Origin: Felis catus | Lineage: Eukaryota | DNA: 64,000 bases | NCBI RefSeq assembly: GCF_018350175.1 | Contig: NC_058383.1 | Span: 12,464,001-12,528,000 of the forward strand | Direction: 5' to 3' | Shown: positions 49,660-61,385 of the stretch, piece after piece | Layout: the number at the start of each line of letters is the position of its first letter | How positions within the stretch are numbered: the stretch's first letter is position 1 | Notes under the pieces: generated by a model | The model's database searches: none | Seen by the model: the letters and a program-made list of their open reading frames with translations, nothing else | Told to the model about the DNA's origin: nothing | Position numbers and translations under genes: made by a program

Positions 49660-50610
49660 GTATCAGAGTCCAGTCAGGAATCAAAAGTCACAAAAGTGAC
49701 TTCGACACAGAGAATGTAACAAGAAGGCGTCAACTGGGTAACTGGAAATTACGACCAGGGTAGCAACAACAGGAAGCAGCCACCACCTCCAGGGCTGCAG
49801 GAACAGAGAGAAGAAACTGGAATTATTAAAATGTAAGAGAACTTAGAGGAGTAGCCATGGGGCCCCCAACCCCCGAGGAGGGGAGAACGGCCAGTTGGTG
49901 CTGGTGCTTCTGAGGAGGCATAATGAAGCTCATCTGCAAGAGCTCGAGGAGCTGCAAACTGGATTCAGCTACTACTACCAGAAGAAACCACCACTCCTGG
50001 GTGGCACTAACAAGGATGGAAGTCCACAGGGAGCAGACGGGAAGTCCTCCGGGCACAGACAGGAAGTCCTCAGGGCACAGACAGGAAGTCCACAGGGCAC
50101 AGACAGGAAGTCTGTGGGGCACAGACAGGAAGTCCACATGGCACAGGCAGGAAGTCCTCAAGGCACAGACAGGAAGTCCTCAGGGCACAGACAGGAAGTC
50201 CACAGCGCACAGACAGGAAGTCCTCAGGGCACAGACAGGAAGTCCTCAGGGCACAGACAGGAAGTCCACAGGGCACAGACAGGAAGTCTGTGGGGCACAG
50301 ACAGGAAGTCCACATGGCACAGGCAGGAAGTCCTCAAGGCACAGACAGGAAGTCCTCAGGGCACAGACAGGAAGTCCACAGCGCACAGACAGGAAGTCCT
50401 CAGGGCACAGACAGGAAGTCCTCAGGGCACAGGCAGGAAGTCCTCAGGGCACAGGCAGGAAGTCCACATGGCACAGGCAGGAAGGAGCAATTCTCTACTT
50501 CCTCCTTCCACCTGCAGTCCCCCTCTAGCGCACCTTCCACCGAGCCTAACAGAGCCACGTGTGGTTTTCATGATTCCTGCTCCAGGATCACAAAGCCGAC
50601 TAAATACTGG
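49660..50610 (-). mobile_element. ERVL LTR (LTR41-like) containing an expanded minisatellite
   Basis: 'gtagcaacaacaggaagcagccaccacctccagggctg...ggaattattaaaa...tgcaaactggattcagct' and 'cagtccccctctagcgc...gagcctaacag...atcacaaagc' match the recalled LTR41-type consensus. Family name from memory. Confidence 0.65.
50018..50479. repeat. Minisatellite: 21 x 22 bp (consensus GGAAGTCCTCAGGGCACAGACA)
   Basis: Units parsed by eye: 21 copies of 22 bp = 462 bp. Units 3-10 are repeated exactly as units 11-18. Confidence 0.97.
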
Positions 50611-51244
50611 AGTCGATGACCCCATGGAGAATCAGAATGATTCCGGTGGTGCAGGGTCTTCCTGAGGTGGTGTCGACAAGGCTTTGAGACTCGAGGCAGA
50701 TGCTTTTGCAAATTCTCTGAGATGTAATGAGCAATTAATTTCGGTGATGAGTGAAATGCCACTGAATCCATGGACCATTATTCAGAAGCAAGGTAGGGCT
50801 GGAAGCTAGTAATTCAATTACTAAAGGTAGCACTTCTCCACTCAAAACAGCACATATTTCTGTTTCTGTGGAGGAGGAAGAGTCTTTTATGTTTAATTTT
50901 CATCAAGCTGTGAAATGCGGTTGTAGCTGTGGGTGTCTCATTGATGCCAGCCATGCTCAGGAGGCTCTGTCTCCCCAGTGTCTTTAATGTCATGTCCCCA
51001 CAGTGTCCCCCATAGGCAAGAAAGATCACATGGCCCAAACGAGAGAGCAACTTTTTACTTAAAAACTTCCCAAAGAGTTGTCTTTACTCACAATTTTTCG
51101 CCAATTTTATTCATCCTATCTTCTCAGAAAGCCCCCTGCAATATCAGTAATCAGTAATCAGTATCAGATACTCATCAAAAGCATGTCTAAATAAAGGCTT
51201 CAAGGGAGCCAACCTGTCTTTTTCATACTAAGCTAATGGATTAT

Positions 51245-51246
<2 letters not shown>

Positions 51247-51310
<64 letters not shown>
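51247..51310. repeat. Compound (TG)n(AG)n microsatellite
   Basis: Direct reading. Confidence 0.95.
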
Positions 51311-51312
<2 letters not shown>

Positions 51313-52187
51313 TGAGACAAGGTTTGTAATTTTGCCTTTCCAAGACACCCCAAAAAGCCAACTGAGACTTGAAAAAATAAAACAGCTCTTACAAATTTCC
51401 CTTAAAGCAAAGAAATCGATGTGCATCAGAATAATAGTCTATGAGTCAGCCCCTTGAGTTTCAGTCCATTGGGTTAGGTCCACTTGGGTTGTTTGTTTGG
51501 GGAAAGCAGAATAATGGAAAATCTAGTGCTAGCCACACCTCCAAGCATAGAACCAGTGAAGAACTAAGAAGGGAAAAGTTTCTCTTGTTCCTAATCTTTG
51601 TAAGCTGACGTCCAGAGAAGGGAAACAATCTACCCAGAGTCATACAGCTGCTAAGAGGCTGAACTGGGCATAGACTCCAGGTTCCCCAGTTCCCTGGTCA
51701 GTGCTACGTCTAGTGCCCCACAGGGATTTTGCATCTTAGTGAATGCATATGGAACACGAATATGAAATGTTCGCCCTGAGGTCCCTTGGGATCAGTAGAC
51801 TAAGTGTTAAGAAAGAAATAGTTGAAGATGCATTGAGAATACAATTTAAAACCCAAAAGGTAAATCCAAGGAGTTAGAGATTGTTTCTCAGCTATTTTCA
51901 AAGACTGGGTCCTATTAACTGGAGATCTACTGACTTCTTTCTTGAGTTCAGGGATGTAGTTCAGTGTCAGAAACTGTGATAGAATAGCTATGCTTAACAA
52001 AGTAGTCAGCAAAGTGAAATTCAGATTAGAGGGTCATAATCTCGTGGAAAGGAAGAGAAACTAGCAAAATTGCCTTGTTTGGAAAGAAAGGGAGGACACT
52101 AGCAGCTTTGCAGGAGACGAACTTTGGGGAAGGAAAGTGTCTCAGAGGGATTCTTAGGTTACTGGCTGTGCTGCGTGTGATATAAAC

Positions 52188-52600
52188 TGTGTTGGTTAGG
52201 GCAAGGTTAGCCGGTGAAACAAACAAACCCCCAAAGGTCAGTGTTGACCATCATTTCTCACTTATGTAAAATTCTAGGGCAGATGCTCCCAGTCAGTGGA
52301 GAACTGTTCTCCACATGGCGTTTGGGGACTCAGTCTTCTTTTACCCTATGGGTCTCCCACCCTCTCAGCCCTTTGAGTTTTTGCTTCCAGCTGGTGGAAA
52401 CAGAATAAGACATTGGAGAAAGCACGCCCACTCCTTTAAAACTCAGACTCAGATATGATACGCATCGTTCCCGTCCACATTCCAATGGCAAAAGCACGCC
52501 ACTGGGTTCACAAAAGCTTGGAAGGCTCAGATCTCTATGGAGGATCGGCCAGATGTGAAGAGGAGACCAAATTGTGGTCTGCGGCTAGGAATCGCTGTAA
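52188..52600 (-). mobile_element. Old MaLR LTR (MLT1K-like)
   Basis: 'tgtgttggttagggcaaggttagccggtgaaacaaacaaacccccaa...cccgtccacattccaatggcaaaagc'. Confidence 0.65.
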
Positions 52601-53134
52601 CATCCCTTCCCCCACTCCCCCTAGAAAACCTTCATTGATGCCTGCATCCCTTCTTAAACTTCCGAGAGGCTGGATCATCTGGGGAGAACTTGAAATTCTG
52701 TGACGGGATGGGGGTTGGGAAAATCAGTCTGTCCAAGAGACCAAGGAACGAGACGGTAGCTGACATCTGGCTCACACGTATGTGCAATGCGCACCTGCTG
52801 GACACATTTGTGTGCACGCGTCTGTAGCGGCTCTTCCAAATGAGCCCGGACTGGAATTCAGAGCCTAGCAATTTTGGGGACTGGTTCACTGGAAATTGGT
52901 TATACATGAGTTGCCAAGCAGTCGCGTAGGGGTTATAATTTTGACAGGAGAAGGAGGGAGAACCTTTGACCAAGTTCTCCTGTGGAGAAGTAGGTGGAAA
53001 GGAGGGTAATGAGTAGACTGACATGGGAGCTGGCCCACCCAGGCCACCTGGATACGTTTTGAACCCCTAGAAGGAGAGGACATAGGACTGGAAGCTGAAG
53101 AAGCTGTTTCCATAAAGGTTGTGTTTCATAATAC

Positions 53135-53475
53135 ATGGTAGGATTGCACTACCTGGATCCCCTTTATCTGAGTCTAGCGATGTGACTGGTATTGACCAAT
53201 GAACCTGGGAGTGGAAGTGATGTATGCCAACTTCAGGGCTGAGCATTGAATCCCTGGTGAAGATCTGCCCTGTCCTACGTTCCTTCTGTCGCGGTAACCT
53301 GCAATATTCAAGATGGTAACCACTCCATCGGCCTGCGCCCTCGCCGGATTAGATGAACAGGGCACCACTCCCCATCGGCAACGGTCACGTAGTCAGAGAA
53401 CAATTAACCTTTGCCGTTTGGGGCCTCTGGGATTTTGGAGTGTTTGTTATTACAGCATAAACTAACCTCACTTGC
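53135..53475 (+). mobile_element. Old MaLR LTR (MLT1H/J-like)
   Basis: 3' end 'aacctttgccgtttggggcctctgggattttggagtgtttgttattacagcataa'. Confidence 0.7.
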
Positions 53476-53884
53476 CTGGCACAAAGATCCTTGCGAGACT
53501 GTGGAATAAAAATGTGCCGTTTTCACAGCAGAAGACAAAGTGTAACACAGAGTAGATGAATGGGTGTTCCCTCTATTTTCACATCCGAGGACACCAGTAA
53601 CTCTGCTGTAGCGACAAAACGTGGTATTGTCCACCATACCCAGCGGAGTGGGAAGACAATCATACCCTTGAGGATCAAAAAACAGGTAAAACCACCCCAT
53701 CTTTGAACGGGATGATGTGACTAGGATGTTTCCACTGCTTATTGAACTCACTGCAGCTTACACACTTGGACGGCTGCTTCCAAGCAAGAATTCCAGTGAT
53801 CCTTATCTCTGTTTCACTTGTTTCTAGAGGGAAAGACCCAGGAGAGGGCACCCGATTGGCTGAGCAGAAGTCATATTTTATACA

Positions 53885-54595
53885 CAAGACACAACAGGTG
53901 TTGGCGAGGATGCAGACAAACAAGAACTCTCGTTCACTGTTGGTGGGAGTGAAAACCGGTGCAGCCACTGTGGAAAACGGCATGGAGGGTCCTCTGAGAG
54001 TTAAAGAGAGAACTACCCTATGATCCAGTAATCGCACTGCTGGGTATTTATCCCCCAAAATACAAAAACACTAATTCAAGGAGCTCTGTGAACCTGTATG
54101 TTTGTAGCAGCGTTATTTACAATACCCAAACTATGGAAGCAGCCCAATTGTCCATCGACAGATGAACGGATAAAGAAGATGTGATACACACACATACACA
54201 CACACACACACACACTGGAATATTACTCAGCCATACAAAAGAAAATCTTTCTATTTGCAACACCACCCATGTAGATAGAGAGCATAATGCTAAGTGAAGT
54301 CAGTCAGTCAGAGAAAGACAAATACCATATGGCTTCACTCATAGGTGGAATGTAAAAAAACAAACAAATGAGCAAAAGAAGCAAGAAGAGAGAGAAAGAC
54401 AGACCAAGAAACAGACTCGTAACTCTAGAGAACAGATGGCTAGGTGGGGCGTGGGGAGGATAGACCAGAGGATTCAACGGTGCATGATGAGCACTGAGTA
54501 ATGCATACAACTGTTGAATCGCGATAGTGTGCACCTGAAACCGGTATGACACTGTATGGTAACAGCACTGGAGTTAAAATTAAAAACTTACTAAA
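53885..54595 (+). mobile_element. L1 3' end (L1MA9/carnivore-like)
   Basis: 'caacaggtgttggcgaggatgcag...agaactaccctatgatccagtaatcgcactgctgggtatttatccc...cagagaaagacaaataccatatgg'. Confidence 0.93.
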
Positions 54596-55079
54596 AAGTA
54601 ATAGATACAGAGACGGGGGAGGGGAGGGAAATCACACGTTATAACATAGCCACCAAGGAGCCAAGAGATAGAGGGTTTCCATTTTCCAGAGACAGTGCCC
54701 TTTGATCTTCCAACATCACACTCAGTGAGAGAGTTCTCCAACACAGGAAATGGCCTGGATACTAGAAAGCAAAAATAAAGAGGACAAATACGTTCACAAA
54801 GGGATTCCGTAGGTTTGCTTTGACCTTGACCCTGCCCCCTCCCATCCCTGCTCTATTTTTTTCACAGTTGGAATTCTCAGCCTCAGGTTCTCCTATCATA
54901 GGATTTTTTTTTTTCTCTAACAGCCTTTGTGGTTGAAAGGAGAATTCTGTATTCGCAACGTACCGAGGAACAACAGAAGATCTTTTGACCGGGAATTTCA
55001 TGGCCCGCCTTAAAGAGCCCACTGGGTTCAAACTATGCCAACACGTAAATGCCTTCTTGCCATAAGGTGGATGCTCAGT

Positions 55080-55280
55080 GCATCATTCTGCCCTCAATCC
55101 CTTCAGCTATAGGCCAAGCAACTTTGAACAAGTCACCTTTCCAAACCCTGCGTCTTCGCACCTGTAAAGGAGGGTTAACAATCCCTGTCTTACAGGATTG
55201 TTGTGAGAAGTAAACATAGCACACACGTAAGAGTGGCTGGCAAGGTGCCCGGCACATAGGAGGGTCTCAAATATGGTAGT
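55080..55280. mobile_element. MIR fragment
   Basis: 'actttgaacaagtcacc...cacctgtaaaggagggttaacaatccctgtcttacaggattgttgtgag...gtgcccggcacatagg'. Confidence 0.75.
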
Positions 55281-56006
55281 TCATTTATCCTCTCTAAAAT
55301 TGTATAAGCTAGTTAGAAAGACCAGACGCATCTTTTCTGTGGGCTGAGAGGGAGTTTTCAAATCATGCTTTTCGTGAGCTTTAAAAATGGATTCATCTGC
55401 GCAAGTCCCCTTTGCAAACACATGGAAACCCAAAATGTAAAACAAATAAGGCCAAGCTGTTCTGGCTGAAGCTGGCGAGGAGCTGGAAGCCCGGCCTGCT
55501 CCAATGATCTACATCACCTCATACTGTCCTTGCTGTATCGACATAGCAGCCCTCCCACCCTCCGCTGAACTGGAGGGCTCCGTGAGCATAGGTAGAAAGC
55601 CATCACTTACCCCAAACATTTATTCTACAGAGGGGGGGAAATGAGGTTCAGAGAGAAGTAATTTGCTCAAAGACTCCACAAGAAGATTGTCGCCTTTTGG
55701 AAGTCAGTCGCCGCTGATACTTAAAAACTCACCTGGATGATGGATAGATAGGTGATAAAACAAGTACAATAAATGTTAATTGTAGAATCTAAGTGTGGGT
55801 ATATATGGGTGGGCACTGTAAAATTCTTCCAGCGTGGCAAAAATTTCTAGCATACAATGTTTGGGGAAATCTAGAGGAGGCCTAAAACCTCGTGGTCAAG
55901 AGGTGAATTGGGTTTCTAGAAAGTGAAATGGTCTCAAGTTCACAATTAAATATTTATGTCTCTAAATTGTGCAATCATGCGCGGGTAGATTTCAGATTCT
56001 TTCCTT

Positions 56007-56238
56007 GGGGCGCCTGAACGGCTCGGTTGGTTAAGTTTCCAACTCTTGTTTTCGGCTCAGGCCATGATCTCACGGTTCATGAATTGAGCCCTGCATTGGG
56101 CTCTGCACGGACAATGTGGAGCCTGCTTAGGATTCTCTCTCTCCCTCTCTCTCTGCCCCTACCTTGCTTGTGCGCATGCTGTCTCTCTCTCTCTCTCTCT
56201 TTTGCAAAATAAATACACATTTAAAAAAAAAAAAAAAA
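56007..56238 (+). mobile_element. SINEC (Fc2-like)
   Basis: TSD ~'agatt(c)tttcctt'. Confidence 0.93.
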
Positions 56239-56614
56239 GATTTTTCCTTATCAGAACATCCAAGAAGAGACTAGCGCATATGCCGGCTATGAATTTCTCT
56301 TGGAGGCCAAAACTACCAAAAGAAATGTGGAAACACTTTAAACAGAGTGAGTTTACAAAAGATATCACATGAGTGGCTTAGAAAAGCTGCAATTTTTGGA
56401 CAAAAGAATCAACTGATTCTAGAAAAGTAGCCTTATTTGAGGAGAAGGAGATCTTTCATAGATTTATATTGATAATTTCTACCTGAAGTGTAATCTTTCT
56501 ACACATCTGCACAGCAGACAAACAGACTGCTGTGGTCAGGAGTTGGTCAGGAGAGGTCAAGGGAAGAGGTCCTAAGACCACACTGTGAGTGGATTAGGGA
56601 ATAATAAATATAAT

Positions 56615-56820
56615 AAAAAGGAAAGAAAGAGAGAGAGAGGGAGAGAGAAGGAAGGAAGGGGAAGGGAAGGGAAGGGAAGGAGGGGATGGGAGGGGAAGGA
56701 AGGGAAGGGAAGGGTGGGGAGGGGAGGAGAGGGGAGGGGAGGGGAGGGGAGGGGAGGGAAGGGAAGGGAGAAAAGGAAAAGAAAAGAAAGAAAAGAAAAG
56801 AGAAAAGAAAGGAAAAGAAA
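56615..56820. repeat. Polypurine low-complexity tract ((GGGAA)n/(GGGGA)n/(GAAAA)n)
   Basis: About 200 bp almost purely A/G on the + strand. Confidence 0.92.
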
Positions 56821-57217
56821 TCAGTAATGCTAAAAAGGAACTAACACTTTCCATGCAAAACAACAGATTTCAACAAATAGCTCTCCATTTTCAAGGCGGG
56901 GGGTGGGGGGGGGTGGGGAAGAGTGATGGCCCTAAAAATAGATCAAGATGATCCCAACTCAGAGTCCCTGGAGGAACAAGGAAGGTAAGTAACCTTGAAA
57001 TCTTAATTAAGGAAATAAGTGGGAAAACATTTCTCAGATCTATTAAAGGGACCTCAGCAGACAAATGGAAAGAATTTGCAGAATTCTGGCCATAAGTGTC
57101 CCTAAAAGAAAAACCCAAATCATGCCGTTCTAAACAGGGTAAACAGAAGGAAAGACACAGAAAGAGAACAGGGTGCCAAGAGGAAAGGATGATGAATTGA
57201 GAAGGAGCTGCTGCCAG

Positions 57218-57317
57218 CATGAAACCCCACGTGGGGTTCGAACTCGTGAACTGTGAGATCATGACCTGAGTGGAAATCAAGAGTCAGATGCTTAACCAGC
57301 TGAGCCACGCAGACACC
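57218..57317 (-). mobile_element. SINEC 5' half only
   Basis: 'ggggttcgaactcgtgaactgtgagatcatgacctgag...cttaaccagctgagccac' with no (CT)n or poly-A part. Confidence 0.85.
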
Positions 57318-57329
57318 ACCCTAGATGTA

Positions 57330-57690
57330 TATTTCAATGAGATGTGGCAGGATTTGTTGGTAGATTGAACCTGATGTGAGAAAGAAGGCTCTAGGGTGAT
57401 CTTAATGTTTTTAACTAGATGACCAGTGGGATGGACTTATTGAGGTGAGAACAGGGGGGACGTAATACAGGGGAATTGGGGCGGGGAAAGAAGAATCGAG
57501 AGCTCTGCTTCAGTGCCTTTAGCTGTGAGAAGTCCCCTTGACTTGGGAGAGGAGACATCAGCCAGACAGCTGGACACGTGAGCCTGGGTGTAGGGGAGAG
57601 GCTGGTCAGAGCCCATCTGGATGCTACTGAATCCTGGGGGCAGGAGGGGCTGGAGACATCTCTAGGGAATAAGGACAAGTGGAGAAGGGG
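57330..57690 (+). mobile_element. L2 fragment
   Basis: 'caggatttgttggtagattgaa...gagacatcagccagacagctggacacgtgagcctggg'. Confidence 0.6.
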
Positions 57691-57733
57691 TCAACAGCAA
57701 TTATCAAAGACTACTCTAGAAATATAATCTTTA

Positions 57734-58195
57734 GGGCCACCTGGGTGGCCCAGTCGCTTAAGAATCTGCCTCCTGATTTCTACTTAGGTCATGATCCCGC
57801 GGTTCATGAGATGGAACCCCGTGTTGGATTCTTCGCTGGCAGTATAGAGCCTGCTTGGGATTCTCTCTCTCCTTCTCTCTCTCTCTCTCTCTCTCTGCCC
57901 CTCCCCACATGCTTTCTCTCTAAAAATAAATAAATAACGGGGCGCCTGGGTGGCGCAGTCGGTTAAGCGTCCGACTTCAGCCAGGTCACGATCTCGCGGT
58001 CCGTGAGTTCGAGCCCCGCGTCAGGCTCTGGGCTGATGGCTCAGAGCCTGGAGCCTGTTTCTGATTCTGTGTCTCCCTCTCTCTCTGCCCCTCCCCCGTT
58101 CATGCTCTGTCTCTCTCTGTCCCAAAAATAAATAAACGTTGAAAAAAAAATTAATAAAAATAAATAAATAACTCAAAAAAAAAAAAAAGAAAAAA
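57734..58195 (+). mobile_element. SINEC with a young SINEC_Fc (57939-58155) nested in its tail, same orientation
   Basis: Inner TSD 'aaaataaataaataac'. Outer TSD ~'agaa(a/c)tata(a/c)tcttt'. Confidence 0.95.
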
Positions 58196-60200
58196 GAACT
58201 ATACTCTTTAACCTATAGCACCTGACCACACATTAAAAGGATGACGGTTACCTACATAGGTAACTTAAATATTGCACTGTGTCATTTTACCGTATGAACT
58301 TGAAAAGGTAAGAAGAAAAGAAGAAAAAAAAAATGAAGGTGCAGTTTCTAAGACACAGGAGTGCAATAAAAAGTAGGGAGTAGGGAAGACGGGAGGGAGG
58401 GAGTCTAAGTCCATCTCCTACCCACTCTGACATTTGGGTTCAAAGCCGAGTTGTAGGTTCAAATGTATCAATAATAGAAGAAAAAAACCCCACCACAATT
58501 TGATCTAAATAGGTTTAATTGTGAAACAATAGGAGATGGGTGGGGAAAGTGTCCTTCTGATTATATTCAAATAGAGATTGAAAAGTTCCAGGTATTTAAA
58601 AGAAACGCTATTTGTGATGAGAGAAAATAAAGAACTTCATTAAGTAGAAAATAAGACAGGTTGAGGGAGAAAAGGGTAAATATGATTATGCCATTAAGCA
58701 GTAATAGGTTGCATGCAGCTCCTAGTTTTAAATATCCTCTATTCAGCAGCCCTGAAAGAGCCTTTCCCAACTTTTAATTAAAATGTCTTTTAACACACAG
58801 AAAAATTAAAATTCACAACTCCATGGAAAACTGGAACCAATAGCCAACCAATGTCTCCATCGAACTGGGGAGAATCTTCCCTTCTGAAGAAGATAATGGA
58901 AATGGAAGGGGAAACACGACTAAGGGCTCACTGGGGGTGAGAGCAGATATATATCCTCCCCCCCCCTTCTCCCCTATTTGCTGTCTGGTTCAAGATCTGT
59001 GTTATCTGAAACCTAGGCAGTATCTTTTCTCCTGTAAGAATGCTGATTTTTTTTTTTTTTTTAGACCATCAGAGTACAAGTCCCCTTCCTCTGAACTCGA
59101 CCACTCCTCGCCCAAATTGGGAGCTCTTTTCAACGTTCAGTTAGAAGCCCCCACTCCCAGAAAATAACTGGTCATAGTAGATGAAATGGCTGTGAGAACA
59201 CAGGGGTTCGAAGCATTCCAGAAGGTAACAGCTTGGGGAGGGAGGTTCCCAGGTAGAGCCATTAAAGAGCTAGCTGTTGGAGCAGCGTATTCTGGGAGGG
59301 ATGGATTTCACTTCCTACACGTGTTAAACCGCAGGCTGAGGGACCGAAAGCGCCCTCCTTGGCTACCAGAACCCCCCTGGAGTAAATCTGCCATACATTG
59401 GGAATTGGTCTTGGGAGCTGCGTTCGCCGAATCTCTGAGAAGGATGTTTGACCCGGTGCAAAGTGAACCCAGTAGGCAGTGCACATATCCAACTATTAGG
59501 AAGAACTGTGACAAAACGTGTCTCCCTCTGCCAAGGATAAGAGCCACCACCCCCCCCCCGGCCCCCCACTAAGTAAACATAATCATCATCACCATCGAAG
59601 ACCTAGCGAAACAAAAATGTAGAACTGGTGGGAAAGAATTTCATTACTCGGACTCAAAAGAAGCAGCAAATCCCTGAAATACAGAAGGGAATTTCAGAAA
59701 ACTTCTTTTCGACGGGCCACATCTGATCTCTATGTCCCAGGAATGGAAAGCCATTTAAAAAAAGAAAGAAAAAGCGCAGACAGAGATGAAAACGCAGCAG
59801 AATCAGAAAGGAACTACGTGAGATGAGAAAAACTTGCTGAGAAATCTGAAACGCCGCTGGGCAAGGAACGTCGCTGCTTTGTTCAACATGACATCACCAA
59901 GGCCTAACACAGCGCCTGGGGATCACCCGTCTATGTTCCAGAAGTTTCCAGAGGCCCAGCCAAAGCACCAGAGGACCATTAGTTCGCATCGCAAAGATTA
60001 GAACAGGTTGCTGTTCGTGAAAAAGTAGTTCTCTATCAGTAGGTTATAGACCTTGATCTTTTCCCCCTAATGCTCTGACAATCGAATCGTAATCTATATC
60101 AGATTAATAACCAACAGTTCACATTTCTGTATAAATTGGATGCAGTTGGGGAAATAGGAACATACACGCCACAGAATAAAGTCAATTAGATCATATGGAC

Positions 60201-60497
60201 TGTTAGGGACTGACTGTGTCCCCCAGAATTCATACGTTGAAACTGAATCCCCAATCAGATGGTATTTGGAAGCAGAGCCTTTGGGAAGGGATTAGGTCAT
60301 GGGAGCAAAGCCATCATGAATGGGATTAGTGCCCTTGTAAAAAAAAAAAGGTGGGGGGGGGGACTCCAGAAAGCTCCCACCAAGTGAGATTATGGTAAGA
60401 AGACAGTAGTCTCAGAACCAGGAAACAGGCTCTCATCAAATCCGCTAGGGCCTTCATCTTGGACTCCCCAGCCCCCAGAACTGGGAGAAATTAATTG

Positions 60498-60544
<47 letters not shown>

Positions 60545-60597
60545 AAACCACCGAGTTTATGGTATTTTGGGGATAGCGGCTTGAATGCTCTAAGTCA
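60201..60597 (+). mobile_element. MaLR LTR (MLT1A0-like) with (TG)n at 60499-60540
   Basis: 'tgtgtcccccagaattcatacgttgaa...atggtatttggaagcagagcctttggga...catgaatgggattagtgcccttg...cttcatcttggactccccagcccccagaactgggagaaa'. Confidence 0.9.
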
Positions 60598-61129
60598 TGG
60601 GAGGTTCCTACATGACTCCAGCCTTATTAAGGCTCTGCCCTGAAGAGTTAAGTTAATGGCACTCCTCCAGATTCGGAGAAACATTTACGGCCATTTAAAA
60701 CCATTAGGATCAGTACCCCTTTCGGTTTGGATACATGTGTACTTGTCTTCCTCCAGTTCAAAATGACTCCTTATGCTATCAGTGTCTCTCCATCACATTC
60801 GGTAAGGGATGTAATAATTGTACAGTACTTTCTCCTGCTCAAAGTGTTTTCACATCCATTATGTCATTAGAGCTCCGCTGCAACCCAGAGAGGTATATCA
60901 GGTGTCCTCCGGTGTCCGTTCTGAAGAGGTAAGTAGCAGAAGGGAAGAGTGTGCTGTGGCTTTCCAGCTCATAGAAGGAAAAAGACAGTAGATTCATGTC
61001 CCTCCTCATAACGTTTGGCTCCCCTTCCGGCCACGAGTCAACTTCGGGACACAGTGCTCAAATCGAGCTCCTGCCTCGCAGAAACCTTAGCCGACAAGCA
61101 TACCAAGGACTTCCTCCTAAGAGATGGCT

Positions 61130-61385
61130 AAGAAACTTCTAGAATGACGGGCGGCTAAGACCCTTGAAAGCTATCAACAGAAGCATAAGCGATATTGGTC
61201 ACCTTGGGGAAGTGAGGCATGCAAGGGGTACGGAAGGATAGCTCTGCATCATTGGTAGGTTCTGGTTCTTGGCCTTGGGGGCTGGTGCACGGATCGGTTC
61301 AAACCGTGATAGTTTTTCAGGACCGAATGTACCCTTAGGCTTTGGGCGCTTCTCTGTGTCAAGATTCTGGGTTCGATAAAAGTGG
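61130..61385 (+). mobile_element. Old L1ME-like 3' end
   Basis: Decayed 3'UTR layout 'ggtcaccttgggga...ttctggttcttggccttgggggctggtgcacgg...gcttctctgtgt...gataaaagt'. Confidence 0.5.

Noticed and set aside
50018..50479. Minisatellite as a CRISPR-like array
   Set aside because: The units abut with no unique spacers, there are no cas genes, and the context is mammalian.
50515..50545. CTCF motif expected in LTR41-type elements
   Set aside because: The site reads ctagcgcaccttccaccg. The core has decayed relative to the recalled ctagcgccccctattggc.
49895..50665. Longest ORFs (256, 201 and 109 aa) with repeating 'HRQEVLRAQTGSPQGTDRKSSG'
   Set aside because: These are translations of the stop-free 22-bp minisatellite. 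All three frames give the same peptide cycle, and the array lies within an LTR.
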